From NCBI GenBank assembly GCA_048885865.1, contig JBHLLF010000001.1, positions 1-64,000 of the forward strand: a DNA stretch of 64,000 bases. The letters run 5' to 3'. Positions 30,731-39,366 of the stretch are shown piece after piece; the first letter of the stretch is position 1, and each line of letters opens with the position of its first letter. This DNA comes from Candidatus Hermodarchaeota archaeon (GTDB lineage: Archaea; Asgardarchaeota; Thorarchaeia; Thorarchaeales; Thorarchaeaceae). The translations under genes were made by a program, and so were the position numbers. Under the pieces are notes generated by a model that saw only the letters and a list, made by a program, of their open reading frames with translations, was not told the DNA's origin and did no database searches.

Positions 30731-31378
30731 CTATTCACCAATGGCCTCATACAGCTTCTCAATGAACATAACTGGTGGAGTTAGTCCCTCGACAGATACA
30801 TCTTCATTGAAAATCGTCTTCGGGACGCCGAAGACCTCGTACTTCTGTGCTAGCTCCTGGAATTCAAGTGATTCAATCATGTCTGACTCTATTAATGGAT
30901 TGATAATTGCCGCCTGATTTGCGAGACGTACCATTCCTGGACAATAGGGACACTGTGGTGTGGTGAAGACCTGAATGTGGATTGGCTTGTCGATTGCATT
31001 GATGTCTTCAACAATGTCGGGAGGTAGCTGGCTGGCTCCCATAGAAACATCAACAATGGAACCTATTAAAGCACCAAATTCGTGGCCCGCAGCTATGCCA
31101 TAGAACTTTATTTTGTAAGGATCTTTGCCATGAAGAACAGTGGCTGGAACATGTTCAACACCGAACTCGGCTGCCTTTCCTTCTCCTAGCGAGCCTTCGT
31201 GAATCTCAAGAGTGATCTTGTCAGATAATTCTGCTATCTGCTCCGCCATGCTCTTTACATCATTGCAGTACAGGCACTTCTCCTGCTCAATGAAGACATG
31301 CATAGTTACATCATTAACCATAGGCTCGAAAAGCTCTCGTACTTGCGCCTGAGTATCTTCATCAATCTCAACAACCAT
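30731..31378 (-). CDS. Protein disulfide oxidoreductase (double thioredoxin fold, AhpF N-terminal-like)
   Basis: CLYC and CPYC, G.EF, VPK. Confidence 0.9.
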   Translation of the reverse strand: MVVEIDEDTQAQVRELFEPMVNDVTMHVFIEQEKCLYCNDVKSMAEQIAELSDKITLEIHEGSLGEGKAAEFGVEHVPATVLHGKDPYKIKFYGIAAGHEFGALIGSIVDVSMGASQLPPDIVEDINAIDKPIHIQVFTTPQCPYCPGMVRLANQAAIINPLIESDMIESLEFQELAQKYEVFGVPKTIFNEDVSVEGLTPPVMFIEKLYEAIGE

Positions 31379-31457
31379 TATGAACAGGCCTCTGTGGAAT
31401 TCTGGTTGCATTTCTTGAATATAATCGCTTTGTTCCAGAAGAAACAGGAATGCTCAA

Positions 31458-31664
31458 TCAAGGCGTCAGTTTTTTGACAATGTCAACAATGGCCTTCCCT
31501 TTGACCTTTGTAACTCGAAGTAAATACTTAGAGGTCTGTAGCTCAAAACTATCACCCTCTTCCACATTATCCATGACATTTCTACCCATCGGGCCATTAA
31601 GATAATTGGAGTACTGCTGGACAACAGTGTCCTTGTTGTTGTCCTTTTGATCATTATATGGCAC
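31458..31664 (-). CDS. Small hypothetical protein
   Basis: 68-aa ORF; resembles 48710-48937. Confidence 0.6.
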   Translation of the reverse strand: MPYNDQKDNNKDTVVQQYSNYLNGPMGRNVMDNVEEGDSFELQTSKYLLRVTKVKGKAIVDIVKKLTP

Positions 31665-31793
31665 CGGTATACCATCCTTGTCATGTTTTGGAGTTCTTGG
31701 CGGATCTGTGGACCTGAGCTCTGTACACAGATTTCGAGTGCATAAATATTGTCTGTGTATTGGTTATATTCTGCTAGCAGCCCTCTGATAGCT

Positions 31794-32864
31794 TCACTCA
31801 CTCCAAGATATCCTGCCATCTTCAATTAGCTCATCCAGTGCGAACGGCTTCGCCTTTTTCTTTTTCAGCGAAGCGTCTGCAATGAGTTCACTGGAATCGG
31901 GAACACCAAGATCCTCTAGTTCAGGACATGAAAAAAGGGGAGTCAGATTCAATTCAGAAAAGTCATTCTCCTGCGGATGGTTACTGTGTAGGTATAGCTC
32001 TTCAAGTGCCACACATTCCGAGAGCGGACTAAGGTCTATAGACTCAAGCTGGTTGCCGGCGATATCAAGGGCTCTGAGGTCCACACAACTTGACAGAGGT
32101 CTCAAGTCCAATTCATTAATTGCATTCATTGCAAGCTCCAGTCTTCTCAGATTCGTGCAGCGAGAGAGTGGCTCAAGATCTATTGCAGTGATCTCGTTTC
32201 CTCCAAGGCGAAGTATTCTGAAATCAGTAGCTTTTGAGAGAGGAAGCAAATCCACGGAACCGATTGCATTCTGGTGCAAGTATAGGAATCTCAGTTTAGT
32301 GCAGGCTGAGAGTGGACTTAGATCTATTTCAGTTAGTGAATTATACATGAGATTCAACTGAGTTAGGCTTACACATTTTTCAAGAGGCGTCAAATCCACA
32401 GATTTCAGTCCATTTGTTTCAAGCTCTAAGCTGGTAAGATTCACACAACTTGAGAGGGGGGCAAGATCAATATCTGTGATCTTGTTGTTGAAAAGCCTCA
32501 ATCTCTCCAATCTGATGCATTTTGATAGAGGATTCAGGTCCAGCGTGGATAATTCGTTTGTTCCTAGATTGAGCTCCGTAAGGTTAATGGCGCCTACCAG
32601 AGGCGATAAGTCAACAATCGGAATCTGATTTTTGAAGAGATTGATGACTCTCAATTCCTTCAATTCGCCAAGAGGAGAGAGATCGATTTCCGTCAGTTTA
32701 TTGGCACCTAGTAGCAGCTCTTCAATATTCGGGGAGTTCTTTAGCACTTCAAGATCGATGCTGAGAATTCCTTTCTTGCTCAAGTCCAAAACACTGTTCT
32801 CAAGATCGAACTCGATTCGTTTCGTGCCATCCTTGTCGGTATATTCAATGTCAATCTCGTACAA
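31794..32864 (-). CDS. Leucine-rich repeat protein (22-aa repeats)
   Basis: About 12 copies of IDLSPLS.C..L..L.L..N.L. Confidence 0.92.
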   Translation of the reverse strand: MYEIDIEYTDKDGTKRIEFDLENSVLDLSKKGILSIDLEVLKNSPNIEELLLGANKLTEIDLSPLGELKELRVINLFKNQIPIVDLSPLVGAINLTELNLGTNELSTLDLNPLSKCIRLERLRLFNNKITDIDLAPLSSCVNLTSLELETNGLKSVDLTPLEKCVSLTQLNLMYNSLTEIDLSPLSACTKLRFLYLHQNAIGSVDLLPLSKATDFRILRLGGNEITAIDLEPLSRCTNLRRLELAMNAINELDLRPLSSCVDLRALDIAGNQLESIDLSPLSECVALEELYLHSNHPQENDFSELNLTPLFSCPELEDLGVPDSSELIADASLKKKKAKPFALDELIEDGRISWSE

Positions 32865-32889
32865 CGAATCACTCCCTTAGTCCAGCTAT

Positions 32890-33063
32890 GATTGAGTCGA
32901 GGTTACAATTGGTCTTTTCAATGTTGGCCTTATTTCCACTGATTATTCGCTATGATTGAAATCAAAACACTGCTTCAGAGTTGATGTATTAGATGGAACA
33001 TGCTCCGGCCAGAGAACGCTTCGGGAGCTGAGAAGCTTTGAGAAGAATACTCTTGGGTATCTA
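32890..33063 (+). repeat. Decayed copy of the dsrE upstream region and first codons
   Basis: ctccggccagaga.....ggagctg at 33003 matches 35136; FEKNTLGYL vs LEKKTLGIL; gaaatcaaaa..ctg...agag at 32958 vs 35071. Confidence 0.75.
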
Positions 33064-33185
33064 GGAACTGCAAAAGAATTCTCTTCTATTTGATAGCGAC
33101 AGGTGTCTTCTATCTGATATAGATGGGTGAATGACAGGTATGTTTCACTCATTGAAGTCCAATCGGGGCTGTTTGTAAAAATCAA

Positions 33186-33227
33186 AAATCAGGAGGGGTA
33201 GGCCTTCCATCAACCCCTCCGTGATTT
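33186..33227 (-). terminator. Hairpin after cassette gene 1
   Basis: aaatcaggaggggt...acccctccgtgattt, followed by a T-tract on the minus strand. Confidence 0.55.
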
Positions 33228-33258
33228 ACTCTAGACACTAGTGTTTACTGTTATCGAA

Positions 33259-33765
33259 TTAGTTTATCTGGGTGTATCCAGTGATGGTACCTGTGGACCA
33301 ATCAATGCTACTAAATGTCTTTATCTTTCGTCCTAGAAGGAATGACCAATCATAGGCTCCATCTGGTGTATCAACTATTGTGATACGCCCGTTTATTATG
33401 GGTGTGTCTGTAGCAACAGAGTACGATCCTTTGTGGGTCCCTTCCATATACCCTCCGTCATCCCAAATGATCCACCACTTCCCTGAGAACTGTTGGACTT
33501 TGTAGTCAGGGTAGGGCAAGGGACTCTGTCCTTCGGGTCCCAAAAAGCGGTACGCATCGTCATCATTATCCCAATACACCATCCCATGCTGACCATCTTC
33601 GGCATATACGTTTCCTGTCCATTCAGGGCTACCAGTATACCAAAGATCAGAATACCATCTGTAGACTGAGAATCCTTTATTTGCCGCCACAGGGGTTGCA
33701 GATACCAGAGCCACTAGGAAGATAATACTTAGTAGGCCTACACCCACTCTTTTTGACACGCTCAT
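33259..33765 (-). CDS. Secreted beta-rich protein, cassette paralog 1
   Basis: Signal peptide MSVSKRVGVGLLSIIFLVALVSA; SD gaggtga; ends QIN. Confidence 0.85.
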   Translation of the reverse strand: MSVSKRVGVGLLSIIFLVALVSATPVAANKGFSVYRWYSDLWYTGSPEWTGNVYAEDGQHGMVYWDNDDDAYRFLGPEGQSPLPYPDYKVQQFSGKWWIIWDDGGYMEGTHKGSYSVATDTPIINGRITIVDTPDGAYDWSFLLGRKIKTFSSIDWSTGTITGYTQIN

Positions 33766-34130
33766 TACGTATTCACCTCTTTCCCTTTGTGCAAATCGCA
33801 CAACATCTCTCCTCTCCTAACTCAGACTCCCCCGAGTTTCTCAGAAATAGGGCATATGCAAGTCTTGCGTTCTCCATTGAGTCAAGGCACAGATGACTTG
33901 ATTGTAATTCAATTGGGTAAGTTTTGGAACTCATTAATGAGGCATAACCAAGCCTGATTAAAAGAGTTAACAAGAAAGAATTAATACCTTTATAATAAGT
34001 TGTTCGGTCGTTCATTACCTATTCTCAAGGGAAACATTGAATGAATCAGCCCCATCAGTTCTCTTAGAACAAGGTTTCCGAGACTCGAAATAGACCGAGT
34101 CATGACCAACTGCGTTTACGTTTTAAATGG
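33696..34130. repeat. Direct repeat copy 1 (signal peptide, upstream non-coding region, dsrE-promoter remnant)
   Basis: Aligns by eye with 34582-35130; tgaccaactgcgtttacgttttaaat at 34102 vs tgaccaattgcgttaacgttttaaat at 35102. Confidence 0.9.
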
Positions 34131-34139
34131 CAAAAAATA

Positions 34140-34172
34140 GGAAAAAGGGTCAGTCAGTGGCCGACCCCTCCA
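34140..34172 (-). terminator. Hairpin after cassette gene 2
   Basis: gggtc...gaccc stem followed by T-runs on the minus strand. Confidence 0.5.
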
Positions 34173-34198
34173 TATTCACAATGCTAGTTGGATCTCCT

Positions 34199-34651
34199 TC
34201 AGTTTATCTGAATCGTTGCCTCAGTGAAAAATGGGAACGGGGTTATAATCCCCATTACATGCACATTTCTTCCATTCAAATGTGACCAATCTGGAGAGGT
34301 GAATGTCACCTTTCCATTTAGGACGTATTTTCCACCATCCAAGATATTGCTGTTTGTTTCATAGACGAAAAACCCGTGAGCTGTTCCCTTAATATATCCT
34401 CCATCAATGAAATCGATCCACCATTCTGAAACCATTTTCTGTCCGTTGGATAAGAATACGATCTCCGAACTGAAGATACCAGCGGTTGCATCTTCTCCGA
34501 TGATTTCTCCAAGCCATGTAGCATTACCAACGAACATTGCCGAAATATCCCATCTAATTGGTGTTTTGGCTTCTACAGGCATTGCAGAAACCAGAGCCAC
34601 TAGGAAGATAATACTTAGTAAACCTACACCCACTCTCTTTGACACGCTCAT
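34199..34651 (-). CDS. Secreted beta-rich protein, cassette paralog 2
   Basis: Same 23-aa signal peptide; WW...DGGY..GT..G, NG.(I/V)T, DWS.L.GR shared with paralog 1; ends QIN. Confidence 0.85.
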   Translation of the reverse strand: MSVSKRVGVGLLSIIFLVALVSAMPVEAKTPIRWDISAMFVGNATWLGEIIGEDATAGIFSSEIVFLSNGQKMVSEWWIDFIDGGYIKGTAHGFFVYETNSNILDGGKYVLNGKVTFTSPDWSHLNGRNVHVMGIITPFPFFTEATIQIN

Positions 34652-35130
34652 TACGTTTTCACCTCCCTCACTTTGTAAGAATTTCTCATTCTCTCCTCTC
34701 CTAACTCAAACTCCCCCGAGTTTCTCAGAAATAGGGCATATGCAGGTCTTGCGTTCTCCCCTGAATCAAGGCATCGATGACTTGATTGTAATTCAAATGG
34801 GTAAGTTATGGAACCTATTAATGAGGCCTAACTACGCCTAATTAATGAAGTTAACCTCCACAATGTTAACAGCAGTGTAATAAGTTGCTTGGTCATTTGG
34901 TCATAATAATAGAGATGGAGAGATTGAATGAATCAGACCTATCAGATCTCTTAGAATGAGGGATACACAAATCTTGTGCTCTATATCGAGTCAAGGAATC
35001 AATGACTTGAATACATTTCAGAGCAGTAATTCCTGAGTTGTTTGCTTGAGGTTTGTATTATGTGTTTTAAGGAATCAAAAAGCCTGAATTAGAGTGATTA
35101 GTGACCAATTGCGTTAACGTTTTAAATAGC
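34582..35130. repeat. Direct repeat copy 2
   Basis: Matches copy 1, with about 107 extra bp between cgagtca (34988) and tgaccaa (35102). Confidence 0.9.
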
Positions 35131-35170
35131 ACATTCTCCGGCCAGAGAAAGCTTTGGGAGCTGTACAGGC

Positions 35171-35536
35171 TTGGAGAAAAAAACTCTCGGAATTCTACTC
35201 CTGACCTCACCATACACGTATCAGAACAGTCACACATTCTATGACCTTGCTAAAGCCGCCCTTGAGAAGGGCTATGCCGTCAAGGTATTCTTGTTTGTGG
35301 ATGGTGTGAACAATGCGAAACTGGGTCAAGATCCTGACCCTGACATTCCAATGAATGACAAATTTCAAGAACTGGCTGACGCGGGAGCTGAGTTCCAGGC
35401 CTGTGGTCTCTGTACCTCTGCTCGTGGATTTGACCAGAGAGGAACTGATTTCATTGAAGGTGTAGAGGTTTCAGGGCTCACCGAGTTTGCTGAATACATT
35501 GGCGAGGCCGACCGTTTCATCACATTTGGTATGTAG
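35171..35536 (+). CDS. dsrE: DsrE/TusD-family sulfurtransferase
   Basis: SPY, FLFVDGV, CGLC..ARG, SGL.E; first gene of a three-gene operon. Confidence 0.85.
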   Translation: MEKKTLGILLLTSPYTYQNSHTFYDLAKAALEKGYAVKVFLFVDGVNNAKLGQDPDPDIPMNDKFQELADAGAEFQACGLCTSARGFDQRGTDFIEGVEVSGLTEFAEYIGEADRFITFGM

Positions 35537-35547
35537 GAGGAATAGCG

Positions 35548-35898
35548 ATGGAGTTTACAGAACGCAAAGTACTCATACTCGTGAAGAGCCGCCCCTACGG
35601 TGAGATTATCAACTTTGAGGGTTGGAGAGCAGCAGTGGGGATGTTCGGGATGGACCATGAGCCGTTGCTCTTGTTTATGGGTGATGGAGTCTTCTCCCTT
35701 TTGAAGTCCGCTGATGTGATGCCTTTCCGGATGTTCAAAGCAACCTACCTTGATTTCGACGGGAGAATCCTTGCCAGTAGAAAGTCGCTTGAAGAGCGAA
35801 ACATCAGTGCAGAGGAGATCTTTGAAGAGGTCGAGCTGGCCGATGAGTCAATGATTGCAGAAGCATTGACAGAAAACGAGGTCATCATTACATTCTGA
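35548..35898 (+). CDS. dsrF: DsrF/TusC-family protein
   Basis: PYG....EG.R, FMGDGV, SLEER. Confidence 0.8.
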   Translation: MEFTERKVLILVKSRPYGEIINFEGWRAAVGMFGMDHEPLLLFMGDGVFSLLKSADVMPFRMFKATYLDFDGRILASRKSLEERNISAEEIFEEVELADESMIAEALTENEVIITF

Positions 35899-35909
35899 GG
35901 TGGCTATGG

Positions 35910-36209
35910 TTGAAGTTTCTAATCTGGATTACAAGTGATTGTCCTGACATTAGTGAGGTAGTAGATGCTCTGAAAGCTGGTGGACATGAGATTGGAATTC
36001 TAGTAGCTCAGGATGGGGTTTATAGCATAGATAAAGGCTGTGCCACTTCTGGCGATATCAAGGGACTAGGAGTCCAAGTGTTTGCAATCAGGCATCATGT
36101 TGAAGAGCGAGGTCTGAATGAGCGTCTAGCAATTGATGCTAAGATGGTCGAATATGATGGTGCAGTCGACCTCATTATGGAGCAGTATGATAAAGTAATC
36201 TCACTGTGA
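35910..36209 (+). CDS. dsrH: DsrH/TusB-family protein
   Basis: QDGVY, V.ERG, Y...VDL...YDK. Confidence 0.8.
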   Translation: MKFLIWITSDCPDISEVVDALKAGGHEIGILVAQDGVYSIDKGCATSGDIKGLGVQVFAIRHHVEERGLNERLAIDAKMVEYDGAVDLIMEQYDKVISL

Positions 36210-36329
36210 GCTAGTCATGCTAGCTCCCCTCTTTCTTTCTAGTTAATATTATCATAATTGGTCATTTTCAAGCCCTTCGCAAACGTTGAATAAGGAATGA
36301 GACAATAGCAAAAACCTAGGTGCTCACTT

Positions 36330-36629
36330 ATGGCGTGGGAAAAACATTCAAAGAAGATTACAGAACTCAAAGAATCCAATACTCAGATTGATATGAAGGT
36401 CAGAGAACGCCTTGAAGAGATGATTGGCAAAGTCGCTGACCAAGACGTAGCTGTGAGTTTAGGATTCTTGAAAGACTATCTACATCTTCGAAAAGAAGAT
36501 GATGATGCGATTGATGAGCTCAAGTTTCACGTGAATCTAATGGACGAAATCCGTTACAGTGTAATTGCGGATGATAATGATCAGTCCATATACATCTACT
36601 TCACAAAAGAAAAGGAAGACAAGGACTGA
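36330..36629 (+). CDS. Hypothetical acidic protein
   Basis: 99-aa ORF with SD-like aggtg. Confidence 0.65.
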   Translation: MAWEKHSKKITELKESNTQIDMKVRERLEEMIGKVADQDVAVSLGFLKDYLHLRKEDDDAIDELKFHVNLMDEIRYSVIADDNDQSIYIYFTKEKEDKD

Positions 36630-36659
36630 TATACCCTCAATCCAAGAAGAAAGTGCATT

Positions 36660-36692
36660 GGAGAGAACTTGAGCTAATCCTGAGTTCTCTCC
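36660..36692. terminator. Hairpin between convergent genes
   Basis: ggagagaactt...gagttctctcc. Confidence 0.55.
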
Positions 36693-36703
36693 GCATGTTG
36701 GTT

Positions 36704-37075
36704 TTAAAAGGTCATTACTCTAGAGTGCTTCAGTGTATCATCAATCATGGTCGCTGCACCAGCGATCTCAATTCTCGGATCCCTGAGCTGGTCTTGAGTG
36801 ATACCTCTGAACTCGACAGAGTTTGAGCACACCTGTATTTTGCCACCTGATTCAAGAAACGCATCAATCAAGTCTGGAAGTGGTGGGAAACCAGGTGCCT
36901 TTACTTTCTCCGCTGCGCCTTTCTTCATCAGATATACTGCATCCATCATCAGAAAGATATTGGTTTCAATATCCTGAGCTTGAGCAGTGGTGCCTGTCAC
37001 AAATGGGCCATAGCATCTCTCTGCTGCCTCTGGGCCCCATTGACCGATAATGTATAGTTTTTCTGCTTCTGCCAA
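36704..37075 (-). CDS. DsrE-like (peroxiredoxin/DrsE) protein
   Basis: ERC..PF, FLMMDAV, I.VC, IAGAA. Confidence 0.82.
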   Translation of the reverse strand: MAEAEKLYIIGQWGPEAAERCYGPFVTGTTAQAQDIETNIFLMMDAVYLMKKGAAEKVKAPGFPPLPDLIDAFLESGGKIQVCSNSVEFRGITQDQLRDPRIEIAGAATMIDDTLKHSRVMTF

Positions 37076-37090
37076 TTTCCTTCATCTCCA

Positions 37091-37486
37091 TTATAGAACT
37101 ATTAGTTCAGCGTAGTACAAGACCATTGCAAGCGCTAGGAAAGTACTCACTATCAGGTTGGTGATGTGTGAGCTGTGAATTGGTCCGCCTTGCATCGTCT
37201 TCATCAGCACAGGCACTGCCTGAATGAACTCCAGCAGGAATGCTAGAGCAAAGAAGACGAGGTCAATCCCTAGTAGTAGTTGCACCAGATCCATGAATCC
37301 CAATGAGAACGTTGGCGCCACAATCCCCACAATCAAAGTGATGAGGCTGACCAGCATTCCCAACATGAGCATCATGACCTGGGGCATCAAGACAAATCCC
37401 ATTCTCCTAGCCGCCATGAATCCACTGAACATCGTGGCGAAACCCATTGCGAACAGGACGAATAGTAGTAGTTGGAAAACTGCCAT
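37091..37486 (-). CDS. Hypothetical 4-TM membrane protein
   Basis: Four hydrophobic helices; co-oriented with the DsrE-like gene. Confidence 0.7.
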   Translation of the reverse strand: MAVFQLLLFVLFAMGFATMFSGFMAARRMGFVLMPQVMMLMLGMLVSLITLIVGIVAPTFSLGFMDLVQLLLGIDLVFFALAFLLEFIQAVPVLMKTMQGGPIHSSHITNLIVSTFLALAMVLYYAELIVL

Positions 37487-37561
37487 TTTGGTTCACCCAA
37501 GTGATTGAGGCGCAAAAATAATCCATTGATAAGGGTGTCGGAAATGGAACAAAAAATTGGC

Positions 37562-37672
37562 ATCGGGTGTGCGAAAACACACAATCGATAGTTAATAATC
37601 GTTAATCGAGTGTGCGAAAATACACAATCATCAATTAAGAATCGTTAATCGGGTGTGTAAAATCGCACATCT
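37562..37672. repeat. Three 43-bp-period units, each containing a (G)TGTG...CACA(C)-type palindrome
   Basis: atcgggtgtgcgaaaacacac at 37562, atcgagtgtgcgaaaatacac at 37605, atcgggtgtgtaaaatcgcac at 37648. Confidence 0.85.
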
Positions 37673-37728
37673 GTGTATCGCAATCCTTTAAACTGCAACG
37701 CAACAGAGCCGGGCAGTAGGTTTTGACT

Positions 37729-37965
37729 ATGACCCACGACGTAGCCCGAACATTCGATGCCTCAGGTATGAGGTGCCCAATGCCAATCCTCAAGACGAAG
37801 AAAGAGATCGGCCAAGTTGAAATCGGTCAGATTCTCCAAGTAATCGCGACTGACATCGGAACTAAGAAGGACTTCCCTGCATTTGCCGAGAGAACCGGTC
37901 ATGAGATAGTTGAACTTGTTGAAGAAAGCGACAGACTCGTTTGGTACATTAGGCGTAACAAGTGA
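37729..37965 (+). CDS. tusA: TusA-family sulfur carrier
   Basis: D.SGMRCPMP, ATD.G...D, GHE. Confidence 0.92.
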   Translation: MTHDVARTFDASGMRCPMPILKTKKEIGQVEIGQILQVIATDIGTKKDFPAFAERTGHEIVELVEESDRLVWYIRRNK

Positions 37966-37982
37966 TGTTTTTTCTAGGAAGG

Positions 37983-38390
37983 CTATGCCTTCTTTCCTGG
38001 GACGACTAGGACTTGTCCCAGCATATCTCCTTTCATGACAGAGGCCTTCAGTTTGGATTGAAACATTGCCATGTTTGCGACTCTTTCTTCATCATACGGT
38101 TTGTATTCGAGAGCCCCAATACAAGATATGTGGCCCATTCCATTCGCACCATAAAATGATTGAAGGACCATTCCATATGCTGGAATGTCAATTGGTCTTA
38201 TTGGGACTATCCGTGTTTCACCTTCTGCAAATGGGACTTTCTCATTTGCCACGACTGGTGTCAGCCTCGCTTTATCCCATTGGAGCGCGATTTCAATTTC
38301 ATTAAGTCCATCCACTGCAGACCTGACCCTATCCATCCCCATCTCTGCTAAGTCTTGTCTACAACTTATGACATAGATCTTCTCTGACAA
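37983..38390 (-). CDS. DUF22-like archaeal protein
   Basis: P.VANE.....GE..I.PI.IP, KGD.LG pattern recalled for DUF22. Confidence 0.6.
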   Translation of the reverse strand: MSEKIYVISCRQDLAEMGMDRVRSAVDGLNEIEIALQWDKARLTPVVANEKVPFAEGETRIVPIRPIDIPAYGMVLQSFYGANGMGHISCIGALEYKPYDEERVANMAMFQSKLKASVMKGDMLGQVLVVPGKKA

Positions 38391-38441
38391 TGCCGAGTTC
38401 TCCTTGATGAAGCTGTGGATTAGTTGTCTTAAGTAATTATC

Positions 38442-38468
38442 GAATCATGATTCATTATATTATGAATC
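38442..38468. promoter_or_regulatory. Overlapping palindromes between divergent genes
   Basis: gaatcatgattc and gattcat-N6-atgaatc. Confidence 0.4.
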
Positions 38469-38520
38469 CGTCTAGAATCCTATTTATGTTAGTCCTCAGT
38501 TGATAAAATGAGTGAAATCA

Positions 38521-39351
38521 ATGGATACAGCCGAAATAATGGAGATTGCCCTTGAGATGGCTGAGCTGGACGAGATTCCAGGTGACTCGGCTATCCATGT
38601 GCCTGGGACAGACATTGAGCGAATTCTGATAGGAATTGACATGTGGACGTCGGAGCTTCTACTTGCTAGAGAGCTGAACTACGACTTGGTCATAGCACAT
38701 CATCCTCCCGGTGGTGTTGCTAGAATCAATTTTGACCAAGTTGTGCTAAGGCAGATTCAGCAGATGATTGATGCAGGCATTCCTCCACACCTTGCCGAGA
38801 AGGCTCTAAAACCACGTCTAGATGTCACAAGAGCCAATATTCACACGAGCAACTACGATAGGTTTGTTTCTGCAGCACGTCTGATGGAGATGCCCTTTAT
38901 GAACATCCATCTCCCTCTTGACATAATCTGTCGAAGGAGATTCATTGAGGCAGTGGAAGAAGGGACTAAGCATATCACCGAGCCACTAGTACAAGATGCA
39001 ATACAAGCGATGAATGAGATTCCCGAGATGAAAATGGGAATGACTGAGCCTATGGTTCATGTTGGCTCAGTCCAGAATCGACTAGGCAAGTGGATTGTAG
39101 CAATGGCAGGAGGGACAAATGGAGGAGCAGGAGTCGCCAAAGCTTACTTTGATGCTGGTTATTCAACTGTGATCTACATGCACCTTGGCGACGCAGATAA
39201 GAAGGAACTCCTTAATTATGAAAATGCTGGAAACCTGGTGGCGACAGGACATATTGCATCGGACTCGGTTGGCATTGCTCCCTTTGTCAAGGAGCTGCAG
39301 TCTAGAGGACTGGAAGTCACACCCATGAGTGGAGTCTTCGTTCCTGAATAG
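38521..39351 (+). CDS. NIF3-like dinuclear metal protein
   Basis: GID, AHHP, NIHLPLD, GGT.G, GHIASD. Confidence 0.8.
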   Translation: MDTAEIMEIALEMAELDEIPGDSAIHVPGTDIERILIGIDMWTSELLLARELNYDLVIAHHPPGGVARINFDQVVLRQIQQMIDAGIPPHLAEKALKPRLDVTRANIHTSNYDRFVSAARLMEMPFMNIHLPLDIICRRRFIEAVEEGTKHITEPLVQDAIQAMNEIPEMKMGMTEPMVHVGSVQNRLGKWIVAMAGGTNGGAGVAKAYFDAGYSTVIYMHLGDADKKELLNYENAGNLVATGHIASDSVGIAPFVKELQSRGLEVTPMSGVFVPE

Positions 39352-39366
39352 TCGAAAGACATGCGG

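Noticed and set aside
33186-35130. Diversity-generating retroelement or integron
   Set aside because: No reverse transcriptase or integrase, the differences are not adenine-specific, and no attC-like sites were recognised
37562-37672. Mini CRISPR array
   Set aside because: The intervening sequences are similar to each other, the period is only 43 bp, and there are no cas genes
14672-37965. Selenocysteine (in-frame TGA) in redox or sulfur genes
   Set aside because: The active sites I checked (CGDS, CPHS, CALC, CPDC, CPMP, CGLC) use ordinary codons, and no redox ORF is split at TGA
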